Position numbers and translations under genes: made by a program. This document shows positions 51,663 to 61,939 of a DNA stretch of 64,000 bases, piece by piece. The notes under the pieces are model-generated. The model was not told the origin of the DNA, ran no database searches, and saw only the letters and a list, made by a program, of their open reading frames with translations. The DNA comes from Andalucia godoyi And28 (taxonomy: Eukaryota; Protista; Jakobida): the NCBI GenBank assembly GCA_009859145.1, contig VRVR01000004.1, forward strand, positions 338,934 to 402,933, in the 5' to 3' direction. Position 1 is the first letter of the stretch. Each line of letters starts with the position of its first letter.

Positions 51663-52886
51663 CTAAGATGACAAGCCAAGAACGGACATCCACAGGTCCA
51701 TTTGTTCCTTGACATCGTCTGGCATTTCGTCGTACAACACACGAACTTGTCTCCAGAGACCTCGCGAACTGACGCGGTCACGAATGATGGAATGAGACCA
51801 TTTGGCCTTTGCCATTACCATTCGCGGATCTTCGAGCAGCTGTCGTCTAACGATTTGCAAATCTGGGTTGAGGAAGGAGAATATCCACCACGATCGAGCA
51901 TTTCGCTGACGATTGAGCCAGCTTTGATCGATTTCGTCCATGTTTTCAGAGATCCAAAGAGCTGATGCATGCCATAGATCGGACCATCCTGGTGCATATT
52001 CGAGAGCAAGTGCAAACCGTTCAGCAGGATTCAGATCTGTCGATTGCCAGTCCTCGGATTCAAGCAGCGTCAACTGGAAGAGCGCATCCGGATCCAGAGG
52101 ATTGGTGTCCAAAACGTGCACCAGCATTGGAATGGAGTCTCCCCATTTCAAATACGCTCGCTTGGCAGCATTCGGATGATCTCGATTCTCCGAAACAAAC
52201 TTCTTCAACTGGTCAATATAAAACGCCTGGGAAGCATGCAATACTGGTTCAACGATTTGAAAGACTGCGTCGGAGTGCGGATGGCGCGACAGCATTTCTT
52301 GCGCAGCTCCCGCTAACAAATCATGACGTAAATACTTGGCTTCAATCATCCATCGAGTCGTTAGATCTTTGATTCTACGAGACAAGCGTTGGTCCAACGC
52401 CGCACACTTCGCCTGCTCTGCTTCCAACATTGCAGCAATATTATCCTTTCGACTTATATCGTGCGTCGCATGCTTGCTAGCAGATGAGGATGCGGATGAG
52501 GATGCGAACGAGGACGATGGGTTTTTTGAATGAGCATGCACATCCTCATTTGCGACTGCACCATTGTCGGCGTCAATGGCCTTCCGGTCTTCTTCTGAAC
52601 TCTGCGATACTTCAATCTCTGCAGCCAGAAATTCAAACGGTGTCCGGCGAGTCTTGATCGATTTGCGGCACTCCTGGATGAATTCAAGAATGAGATCTTC
52701 AGAAACATTCAATTTGTACAGAGTGTGAATAATTCGCGTTCCTATCCCAGCCGGATCCGCTGAAAATCTGCGAATCAGCACCTGGCACACGTCGAACGCC
52801 GCCTTGAACTGCCGCGAATACAGATAAAAATCGCACTGCTCCAGAGCTTTACCAAGCTCATGATGTACCAAATGTCGATTTCGCAT
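51663..52886 (-). CDS. Hypothetical helical-repeat protein (407 aa); weak resemblance to TAF1A-like proteins
   Basis: ATG-started long ORF with TPR/HAT-like helices (ALEYAPGWSDLW). The family assignment is weak. Confidence 0.6.
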   Translation of the reverse strand: MRNRHLVHHELGKALEQCDFYLYSRQFKAAFDVCQVLIRRFSADPAGIGTRIIHTLYKLNVSEDLILEFIQECRKSIKTRRTPFEFLAAEIEVSQSSEEDRKAIDADNGAVANEDVHAHSKNPSSSFASSSASSSASKHATHDISRKDNIAAMLEAEQAKCAALDQRLSRRIKDLTTRWMIEAKYLRHDLLAGAAQEMLSRHPHSDAVFQIVEPVLHASQAFYIDQLKKFVSENRDHPNAAKRAYLKWGDSIPMLVHVLDTNPLDPDALFQLTLLESEDWQSTDLNPAERFALALEYAPGWSDLWHASALWISENMDEIDQSWLNRQRNARSWWIFSFLNPDLQIVRRQLLEDPRMVMAKAKWSHSIIRDRVSSRGLWRQVRVLYDEMPDDVKEQMDLWMSVLGLSS

Positions 52887-53088
52887 CCGTCTTCATGATT
52901 CCTCCTGGATCGCTGCTGCACGTATGATGTCTGAGGAAGAAGAGGAAGAAGAGGAAGAAGAGGTGGAGGAGGTGAGAAGAGACCATCACAAGAAAGAACC
53001 GGATTTCCTAATATCGCCCCACCTCATGACACACCCACTCCATGTTGCTTTCTTCTGTGTTGCCTTTCCATGGTTTCAGCTTTTGATG

Positions 53089-53460
53089 CTAGCGAATGCG
53101 GGGTTTTGCGGCAGACCAAAACGTACGACAGCGTGAACAGTGTGCTAGACACCACCATTCCGAGAGCGGTGAGTGTGCGCACTTCGTGATTATACACGCA
53201 CCAACGGACCCGCCCTGAGCAACCAAGTTGTCGGTCCAAAAGAGAATGTGCAGTAAGCTGTGCCAATGACTGGCACGAACGGAAGCAAGGAAAGCATTTG
53301 CGTCGGACATCATTGTTACTTCCATGGAATTTCGGATTCGGTGACTAGTCTACTGCCGTCCGAACGCCGCGACTGCAAGTTCGACAGCATGTCCATCGAT
53401 CCTATCATTTTTGAAACGAGGCAGTCCGACGAGCGCAGATTCCTTTGCATACCACTGCCT
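53089..53460 (-). pseudogene. Possible decayed DIRS-like retroelement RNase H
   Basis: One frame reads RIDG...FGRQ*TSHRIRNSMEV...LLHILFWTDNLVAQG...LSEWW. This resembles the DIRS GxW...INxLE...VLxxTDN pattern. Confidence 0.35.
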
Positions 53461-53918
53461 TGCTGCAGGTCTTCGAAGAAAAAGAAAGGGAGACAATATA
53501 TATATTAAAACTGAAGACGTATTAGTTGCTTTAATGATCTCGATCCGCCAAAAGATGCATGTAATTAATTAGTGTGCTGCAGTGAATTGAAAGCATTGCA
53601 TGGCTGCGATTTTCCCCTTCGTTGTATGCTCACTTCTACAAATTTCCCTCATGCACGGCACGGCACATGGAAATTCCCCACCATCAAGTTGCTTCGTCAT
53701 CGTACACGACTTCGTATGTCGAAACATCTGCATAAGCAGCAGTCTCTCAAAGAAGACTCTGTGTGAAGCACCAAGACCTTCATCATCCGGCTGCTCTGTC
53801 CGCCGACACATCCAACGCCCTTTGGAATGGTTTGTTTTGCTGCGCAGCCTTCCACGGGGCTCTGTTCTTTTCGTCACCAATGCGAGGATTTCTCCCCATT
53901 CTGTCGCTAACTACAAAT

Positions 53919-55109
53919 ATGAACCCGGCCAAGAAGACGCTTCCAACAGTCTTGCGCAGACTCGATTCGGCAGCTCGTCGAAATCTGCATCGACTTTTGC
54001 AGAAGAAATCGCAAGCCTATTTACGGTCTCTTCGCAAGAAGTGCTACTGCTGCCGCCAGTACTTTGACGTGTCCAAGAGCAGCCACGATAAATACGACTG
54101 CATGTGTGTTGCTTGCGGCACCCAATCGTGGGAAAAACGAAATGCAGTTCTCGATGCGCAAAACAAGATTGCAGTTGTCACCGGCGCACGCGTTAAGATC
54201 GGATTTGCATGTGCAGTCCGACTTCTTCGTGGAGGTGCTGTGGTCATTGCAACAACCCGGTTTCCCGAAGACGCTGTGAATCGCTTTTCCAAACAGCCCG
54301 ATTTCGAGCAGTGGAAGAGCCGTCTGCATGTTTACGGTCTCGATTTCCGCTCGATCCGCGCAGTGGAAGCCTTTATCGAACACCTGCAACATCAGTACTC
54401 CCATATCGACTATCTCATCCAGAATGCTGCTCAGACCATCCGCATGGCGGCTGATGAGTATGAGAAGCTGTACGCAATTCCGCTCGAGAACCCGTCCAAT
54501 CAGTCGTGCATTGTTGAGACATCGCAGCCCGTTGCCCTTCTCCAGGCCACATCCTGCTCGAATCCCCTAGCAGTTGTTGGAAATACTGGTCACTGTGATG
54601 CGTCAAGTGTCGTTCCTCTTGTGCCGCCGCCATTGAAAAACTCGTGGTATCTGAAAGTGGAGGAGGTGTCCACTGTGGAATTTGTCGAAGTACAATTGGT
54701 GAATGTCACCGTCCCGTTTCTTCTGTGCGCTCGGCTCAAGTCACTGTTGACGGCAAGCCGCAGTAATTCCGAGCGGATGTACGTGATCCATGTCACTGCT
54801 GTTGAAGGTCAGTTCTCTCAGCGTTCCAAGAGCAAATACCATGTGCACAACAACATGGCAAAAGCTGCGTTGAATATGATGACTCTCACAATTGCACAAG
54901 ACTATGCTCGCGAGCGCATCTACGTGACGGCTGTGGATCCCGGCTGGGCCGATGTTGACTACCGGCTCAAGACCGTTGATTTCGACGGACGTCTTCTCAA
55001 AGCCCCTCTTGATGAATGGGACTCGGCAGCACGCGTCCTCGATCCAATCCTTGTACAGTCCACTGCCCACGGTGTTCTTCTCAAGGACTTCCGCAGCGTT
55101 TCCTGGTGA
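53919..55109 (+). CDS. Atypical SDR oxidoreductase with an N-terminal Cys cluster
   Basis: CYCC...CVAC, then IAVVTGARVKIG, TTRFPEDA, YGLDFR, LIQNAAQT, HNNMAKAALNMMT and AVDPGW. Confidence 0.85.
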   Translation: MNPAKKTLPTVLRRLDSAARRNLHRLLQKKSQAYLRSLRKKCYCCRQYFDVSKSSHDKYDCMCVACGTQSWEKRNAVLDAQNKIAVVTGARVKIGFACAVRLLRGGAVVIATTRFPEDAVNRFSKQPDFEQWKSRLHVYGLDFRSIRAVEAFIEHLQHQYSHIDYLIQNAAQTIRMAADEYEKLYAIPLENPSNQSCIVETSQPVALLQATSCSNPLAVVGNTGHCDASSVVPLVPPPLKNSWYLKVEEVSTVEFVEVQLVNVTVPFLLCARLKSLLTASRSNSERMYVIHVTAVEGQFSQRSKSKYHVHNNMAKAALNMMTLTIAQDYARERIYVTAVDPGWADVDYRLKTVDFDGRLLKAPLDEWDSAARVLDPILVQSTAHGVLLKDFRSVSW

Positions 55110-55478
55110 ATCCCTTTTCTGTTTAGCCAGTTTCCCCACACTGCTGTACTGCAAACACAACGAACCAAGCAAGGCAAACTAGCGGAGAAAATTAATAAAA
55201 AAATATGCCCGCAGTCAAGCAAACGTCCGCCACTCGACGCCTTTTCTTTTCCGTATTCCTCGCTGTCAGAACCGATCTCGAAAATCGAAAATTGAAAAAT
55301 CCAAAGTTTAGAGTCCAGACAGTTCCCTGCCTTCCCTGCCTTCGGGTATCTGTTTGTCAGTGAGTGAGCAAGAAAATTCGAATTTTTGGAGAGAAACAGA
55401 AAACAGCAAAGTACGAACGAGCGAAAGAGAGAGAGAGAGAGAGAGAGAGAGAAAATCCAATAGCAAAGGGTAGCCATT

Positions 55479-56384
55479 ATGCTGTCGGGCCGTTTTGCAT
55501 TCTTGGCAGTTCTTCTGTGCGTGTCACTGAGTGCTTTCGTTCCGGCCGTTTCTGCGGACCTGTCTCGTGACTATGATGAGACGGAAGCCAGAGCATTCTG
55601 CTTGCTTTCTGCAATTGCGTACTGTCCGACAAATGTTGTGACCAATTTTAGTTGCACTGGATGTTCCCTGGGCCTGATCAGCGATTTTCATATTGCAGGG
55701 TCGGTGTATTTGCAATCCGACGACATTTTTGCGTACATTGGATGGCTGAAACCCGTTGATAATGTGGTTTCTGTGGTTGTGGTGTTCCGCGGCACGCGGT
55801 CTACCAAGGACTGGATTGATGACTTGCAAGTCGACCAGATCGATTTCCGACCCAATATCAGTCCTGGAATGAAGATTCACAAAGGATTCTACGACTCGTA
55901 CATGTCTGTGGATGCAAATATCCAGTCCATTGTTCAGAATATATTTGATCAGTTTCCACAAATGAAGGTGAACTTGATCTGCACCGGCCATTCGCTGGGA
56001 GCTGCGCTGGCAGAAGTCGCCTGTCTGCAACTCATGGACTACGCATTTGTAGCTCCGCGTCTCAACTCTCTTCCAACTGTTTACAACTATGGACAGCCGC
56101 GCGTTGGAAACGCCGCTTTTGCATCATGGGCTGACACTCAGTTCAATATTTATTTCCGTCTCACACATTATAGAGACATTGTTCCGCACATTCCTGTCAA
56201 GGCCCCTGGTGATGCGTACATTCACGGAGGCGTTGAAGTTTGGTACACGGAAGATTGCTCGTCTCATCAGGTGTGCCAGCAAGGAGAGGACCCAAAGTGC
56301 TCGGACAGCATGGTAGACGATTCAATTCCTGATCACCTGAGCTACCTTGGTTTCGACATTGGAAGCGACAATCCGTATTGCTGA
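55479..56384 (+). CDS. Class 3 lipase, secreted
   Basis: Signal peptide, VVFRGT, IHKGFY, nucleophile motif TGHSLG, YGQPRVGN, DIVPHIP, and a terminal H in DHLSY. Confidence 0.95.
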   Translation: MLSGRFAFLAVLLCVSLSAFVPAVSADLSRDYDETEARAFCLLSAIAYCPTNVVTNFSCTGCSLGLISDFHIAGSVYLQSDDIFAYIGWLKPVDNVVSVVVVFRGTRSTKDWIDDLQVDQIDFRPNISPGMKIHKGFYDSYMSVDANIQSIVQNIFDQFPQMKVNLICTGHSLGAALAEVACLQLMDYAFVAPRLNSLPTVYNYGQPRVGNAAFASWADTQFNIYFRLTHYRDIVPHIPVKAPGDAYIHGGVEVWYTEDCSSHQVCQQGEDPKCSDSMVDDSIPDHLSYLGFDIGSDNPYC

Positions 56385-56597
56385 TGAATGGTGTTTTATT
56401 TTCTTTTAATCGTTTTGTGCAGTTGTTTGTTTGTCATCGCAGTTGGCTTCCTTACGTGTTGGCTATTGTTGTATTGGTAAATGCTGAATGATTCGTTCTT
56501 CTTCTTCTTCTTTTTTGTTGTTGTCGTTGTCGTTGTTGTACGAAGAAAGACATGCAATGCCAGACGGATGAGGGCGGTGCAATGCTGCGTTCTTAAT

Positions 56598-59011
56598 TTA
56601 CGCACCGACCAGCGCAGCGAACAAGTCGGTCCACGACGTAAACGTACTTGCGGGGTGTGAAACAAATGGGGCGCCTTGCCATTGTTGTTCAAATTGCAAC
56701 AATCTGGAATCGCAAATGGTCGTATTGGCAACAGCTTTGGTGATGACGTCGACAAGACAGCTCCCGAACAATGACCACCGACCACCATAGTATTCTGCAA
56801 CCAGCCCTGACCAATGTTTGGAGGCATAGTCGTTGATGTTTGCGTCTGGCCCCCACATAGTGAGTTGATTCTTAGCATTAAATTGATACAAATAGTCTTC
56901 CTCAGGAGATCGAGACCACGATTTTGCGTCCTGCAACCATCCGCCAAGAGAGAAGTGATCATCGAAGCTGAGAGTATGGTCCAGACTGGAAATAATGGAC
57001 ATCATCTCGGAGATGGCCTTCTGCACGGCAAGAACTGTTCCATTGCCGCCGTCGAATGCATCGATAACATGCCGCTGAGCTGCCCAGGATTGATCGACCA
57101 GAACTTGGCGCTTGACATCGACCAAATCGTAGACATATGTCGGCACATACGCCATGGTTTCATTTGCCCACAGCAGGGCCTGCAATGCAGGAGGAAGCAC
57201 GGAAACATCGTAGAGTTGCGGTTCCGCAGGAACAAGAGTAGGTCGTTTCTGCAATGGACTCTGGACAACGCGTCCGCTCGTAGAGTACACCGTTGACGCA
57301 AGAATACTCCATGCCCGAATGGCGTTTGCATCTGCGATTCCGTATCGTCGCGTGGCATACTGTGTGACCCATGCTTCCAGCTGCGCAGGACTCATTGGAT
57401 CGGGGCGCCATGCAGTCTCCAACATCAAGTCATACATGATGTATGTGTTTCCGATTGCTTCCATCGTGATCCCGATGGAAATCATGTTCGGGTTCTGCTT
57501 CGCGGCAAGCGCAGGCTGCGTCGCAATAGTTGGCAGCGATCCCAGCAATGCCGAGTTCCCGCCAAATGAAAGAAGCATGTCCCAGCTGAAATGATGCCCG
57601 TAGAAGGATTCCGTAATGTTCCAAATCGATGTATTCTCTGCATACAAATCAAGAATAATAAGCTTGCCAAGAGGGGCTGCTTCGATGACCGCCTTGGTTT
57701 GAGCAGGCTGCCAAAAATCTCGCTGATTGAAGAAGAGCCAACCCTGCATCACCCAAATGCCCTGCGGATCTGCGTCGGTGATGGACGAAACCATTGCCTT
57801 TGTCGTCTCCGCAATGTAAGTCGGATCGGAGGACCGAGGCTTCATTTCGTTGAACAGATCTCCATTGTACAAATGGTTCGTGCCCATCAGCTGTGTTTGG
57901 ACACGCAGAAACTCGCTTCCGAGCTTGCGAAACAGTGGATCCACAGGTTCCAAGAAGGACACACAACAGTACTGGTCGGGGAACGCACACCAGTCCGATG
58001 ATTTCGACAAGTTCGCCTTTGGATACACATTGACAAAAGACTTTGGGACGTGTCCGGCAAAAGCCGGCAAAACAGGTTTCATCCCAAACTGGCGCATCCG
58101 ACTCAGAATCTGCTTGCCAAGGGCGAAGCGCTCCTCAATCCACGACTCTGTCAGCGAACTTTGAAAACCGTCAAGAAGCGGCCATCCCTGGATGTTGCCC
58201 ATTGTCCACCAAGCCAGGAATGCGGGCCCGGAAAAGTAGTCATGAAGATCCGTCACTCCAATCGACTTGAAAAATTCTCGCCACACATACTCCTGACCCA
58301 CAAGCTGCAGCGGCATGTTGACGCCATTCATCGCTGCCCAGTCAATGTTCTCTTCCCATTTTGTCCACTAATTTTTTTGTTTGTTTGTTGTTGAATGAAA
58401 AGAAAACCAAAGTGAGATTAATGAATCGAGAAAGAGAAACCAAAAAAAATTATAAATAAATAATAATAATAATTATAAAAAAAAGGCAAAAGTAATCTTT
58501 CCCACAGGGCAAAGAAACACTTGGAAGAAAAAAGGCTGAAGAAGCCAAGTAAAAACACAAGAACAGAACATACATTCCACCATCCATGGCTGTATTGGTG
58601 CGTACAGACATTCATGTAGTACCGAAAAGCGAGCCTGGTCTCCATTCGAACGGGTTCTGGGATAGGAGGAAGAGCGTCAGACATCAATCCTAATGCCAGA
58701 TTGTACTCCCACGAAATTTGAATATTACAGAAGTACTTCAGGTACCAATTGAGTCCGGTGGCGAGCGCGACTCCGGAAGAGCCTTTGATGTGAAGCACGG
58801 TGTTGGGAGAGCTTCCAGACGTGCTGATCACAAAGAAATCCGCAACTGTCGCATCTTCAACGCGCTGCAACTGGATCTTCTGCTGCACTCCTGCAGGCAG
58901 CCTTCTCGCGATCAACCCTGCAACCGCATCGACTTGTTCATCTGCAAAAATGCAAGCAGACAAACTCGTGAACACTAGTACACATGCAATCAACGAAATG
59001 AGGGATCGCAT
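56598..59011 (-). CDS. NAGLU: Alpha-N-acetylglucosaminidase (GH89), 2 exons (59011-58574, 58367-56598)
   Basis: Signal peptide and RYYMNVCTHQYS. A phase-0 intron at 58573-58368 (GTATGT...TAG) gives WWN-WTKWEENIDWAAMNGVN. Also PAFAGHVP, DLFNEM, WVMQGWLF, NAKNQLTMWG and DYASKHWSGLV. Confidence 0.95.
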
Positions 59012-59270
59012 GCTGCAGTTCCTTGTCGAAAAAACACGAGTGATCACGGCAGCTGGCTGGTACTTCCGAATCTCGATGTTAATTCGACACTTGCGTTTTG
59101 TTATTATTATTATTATTGTTTTTTTGAAAAGGAAAAGAGAGAAAAGTGAAGCAGAGAACAAAACGGGGGTGCATTTGCGGTTTTCGATCCGATCCGACGT
59201 TTTACCACTGCTGCAAAGTTGGGCGGAAAAAGCCCACCCCCAGAAACGATTCAACCGAAGTTGGTTTTTA

Positions 59271-61490
59271 CTATGCATTTTCGTAGGCATTCCAAACACA
59301 GAGAGCGCCGTCAGCACCGCCTGTTACGATTTGTTTTTCATCCGGACTCCACGACACGGACAGGATTGGAAGAGAATGGCAGATCCCTTCAGAGAGACAC
59401 GCGGTCAGATCGCTGTTCCAGACACGCAGGACGGCATCGTCGCCAGCAGTTGCTACAAACTTCCCGGACGGCGACACAACACAGCATCGAAGAGCGACAG
59501 CTGCAACAGCTTGCTTTTCACTTTGTTGCACGATAGACTGAGTCGGGCCAGTTTGTCGCGTACTCGCGGTTGGAATAGCTTGCAATACCCGGACAGGACG
59601 ATCCGCGACGTCCTCGTCGAAAACGACGACGCGTCCATCCGAGGTTCCGCAAAGGACTTCATAGTCCTCTTTTCGGCGCTGCGCGACACAGATCAATGCC
59701 GCTTCTGGGAAGGAGTGCGTCTTTTCGCGTCGTTGCGGTTTCCTCAGATCGATGGAAACCAGAGTCTTGTCGGATGCTCCGACTGAATACAAAAACATCC
59801 TCGATGATACTTGGCCAGGACGCATCATGTTCTTCTGGTGGTTTCTCACATCCAGCGTGAGACCGCTGCAGCCCTTGGGATGTTCACCCCACTGCGAAAC
59901 AAGTTCCCTGGTTCGGCAATTCCAAATTCTCATGTGGCCATCTTCGGCTCCAGCAGTGACAACCATCGCATTGCTCGCATCGAGAGACTCTTCCAGCGGA
60001 ATCGAGACCACCGATGAGATTCTTCCACGATGTGCCTGGTTAATTTGCCACATCATGCGTCCTGATCGAACTGCGTGGCACCGAATTCCGCCGTCTGACC
60101 ACCCACTGACGATTGCCAGTTCGCTGGAAAACGTGGAAACAGGAGCCTGAGGGAATGACGGTGCACCAGATCGATCCACAGTCCGTCGCTCCTCAGGACT
60201 CACAAACATGGAAACCGCAGTCGGAAACAAGCTTGCCGTGCCCGGAGCCGCTGGAACACGGACTTCGCAAATCGGCTTGTATGTGTTCAGATCCCACACT
60301 CGAACGGTTCCATCCGCAGAGCCAGAAGCAAGGATATCAGAATGCGAAACGTCGTAAGAAAGAGAATGGATTGCAGCAGAGTGACCCTGCAGCACCTCCG
60401 TGAAAAAGTTCACGTCGGCACAAGAAACGCGATAAATATGCCCATCGTCGGTGGACACCAGCATTTCGTCTCCAAGACCTTGTTGGGATGGCAGCAGAGC
60501 AATAGCAGTAACGCGGCTACCCAGCCGGACCTGGCCCGTGATTTCCCATTGCTGATCCATACCGCGCAGTCGTTTTAATGATCCGTCACCACCGCCTACA
60601 AACACCATAATAGAAGGCGGCGCTCCATTCATCGGGATCGTCTGTGTGTTGACTGCGGGATTCAGCACTGCAATTGACAGGAGTCCGTTTGAGCAGACTG
60701 GAACCGCAACCCTGTACAATGCGTGTGTCGTCGAGTAGACTACCAGTTCGCCAACCGTTGTGCCACACAGTGCAAACTGGCCAGAAGCATCCGTGGTTGA
60801 GCAAGGATACGTACGTACAAGCCCAGGCCCAGTACCAGCTCCAGGAACCGAGCACGACTGCGAGGAAAGCACAAACTGCGATGATTTGACATCAAAGCCC
60901 CATGTGTACACACGCACTTGGTTCGGATACCCGGCAACGAACTTGTAAATCGGTCGTCGCTCCGTGCCGAGATTAACGGGAAGCCACGAAACAAACGTGC
61001 ATCCAGCCAGATCCGCCGAAGGACGATGCCCACCAACACAAGCGCCCGTCGCCACATCCCAAATGCACAATCGACCATCTTGTGCAGAAGACGCAACAAA
61101 TCGGTCATCCGGAGACCATCCAATTGCAAGCACTCCGTGTGTATGTCCTCCAAACACATGAACTGTCTTACCAGTTGCAAGGTCCCAAATCAAAACAGGG
61201 GATCCGTGACCAGGTTTTGAAGTACACTCCAGCTGTCCAGAAGCCAGCAGGCGTCCAGACGTCGAAGGCGTAAGACAGCAAGCAGATGCATCATGACCGT
61301 ACAAGAATCGCTGGTCATGCGGATCTTCCAAGGATGCATTCACAATCACGGACCCGATCGTGTACAGAAACCGACTGCGATCATGAGGAAGCGCAGAGAT
61401 ACACTGCGCCGTCTTACCTTGGAATCCAATGGCATGTTCAAGCTCAATCTCCAACCTGTTTCGCGAAGACGAAGAAGAACTGCGAGACAT
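59271..61490 (-). CDS. CFAP52: Cilia/flagella-associated WD40 protein CFAP52 (WDR16)-like
   Basis: LEHAIGF...FLYGHD...LLASGQ N-terminus, multiple WD40 repeats, and a C-terminal HSLPILSVSWSPDEKQIVTGGADG. Confidence 0.8.
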   Translation of the reverse strand: MSRSSSSSSRNRLEIELEHAIGFQGKTAQCISALPHDRSRFLYTIGSVIVNASLEDPHDQRFLYGHDASACCLTPSTSGRLLASGQLECTSKPGHGSPVLIWDLATGKTVHVFGGHTHGVLAIGWSPDDRFVASSAQDGRLCIWDVATGACVGGHRPSADLAGCTFVSWLPVNLGTERRPIYKFVAGYPNQVRVYTWGFDVKSSQFVLSSQSCSVPGAGTGPGLVRTYPCSTTDASGQFALCGTTVGELVVYSTTHALYRVAVPVCSNGLLSIAVLNPAVNTQTIPMNGAPPSIMVFVGGGDGSLKRLRGMDQQWEITGQVRLGSRVTAIALLPSQQGLGDEMLVSTDDGHIYRVSCADVNFFTEVLQGHSAAIHSLSYDVSHSDILASGSADGTVRVWDLNTYKPICEVRVPAAPGTASLFPTAVSMFVSPEERRTVDRSGAPSFPQAPVSTFSSELAIVSGWSDGGIRCHAVRSGRMMWQINQAHRGRISSVVSIPLEESLDASNAMVVTAGAEDGHMRIWNCRTRELVSQWGEHPKGCSGLTLDVRNHQKNMMRPGQVSSRMFLYSVGASDKTLVSIDLRKPQRREKTHSFPEAALICVAQRRKEDYEVLCGTSDGRVVVFDEDVADRPVRVLQAIPTASTRQTGPTQSIVQQSEKQAVAAVALRCCVVSPSGKFVATAGDDAVLRVWNSDLTACLSEGICHSLPILSVSWSPDEKQIVTGGADGALCVWNAYENA

Positions 61491-61939
61491 GCTTTCAATC
61501 CTGTCGGAAGTCACACGTACACACAAACACACAAACACAACAAATACAAGGGAGAGAGGGGAGGACTCTGTGACAAATGCCCTAAAAACGACTGCAATTT
61601 AAGGGGAGGGGAAAAAATAAGGAAAAAGAAAGAGGCACAAAACTGCAAGAAAGAAACCCAAACAGAAAGACCATAAACAGATCGTTTGAAACAGCACCGA
61701 GTAACGTCACTGAAAGTTGGTCGACTGTCGTCGACGCGAAATGGAAAAACTCTTTTCTCCGACAATTTTCCCCAGTTGTACACACAATTGACGAGTTTTC
61801 AGAGATTTGAAGGAGAGACCTACTGTATCTTGTAGGAGAGAGCAGAAAGCATATCTACATACATACGTACACACACACACACACACACAGAGGGAGAGAG
61901 TTGTGAGAGTTGCGTGGGTAAGGTATTGCTGAGAACAAA

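Noticed and set aside
58800-59786. 328-aa plus-strand ORF
   Set aside because: Spans antisense NAGLU exon 1, a low-complexity spacer and antisense CFAP52; not coherent.
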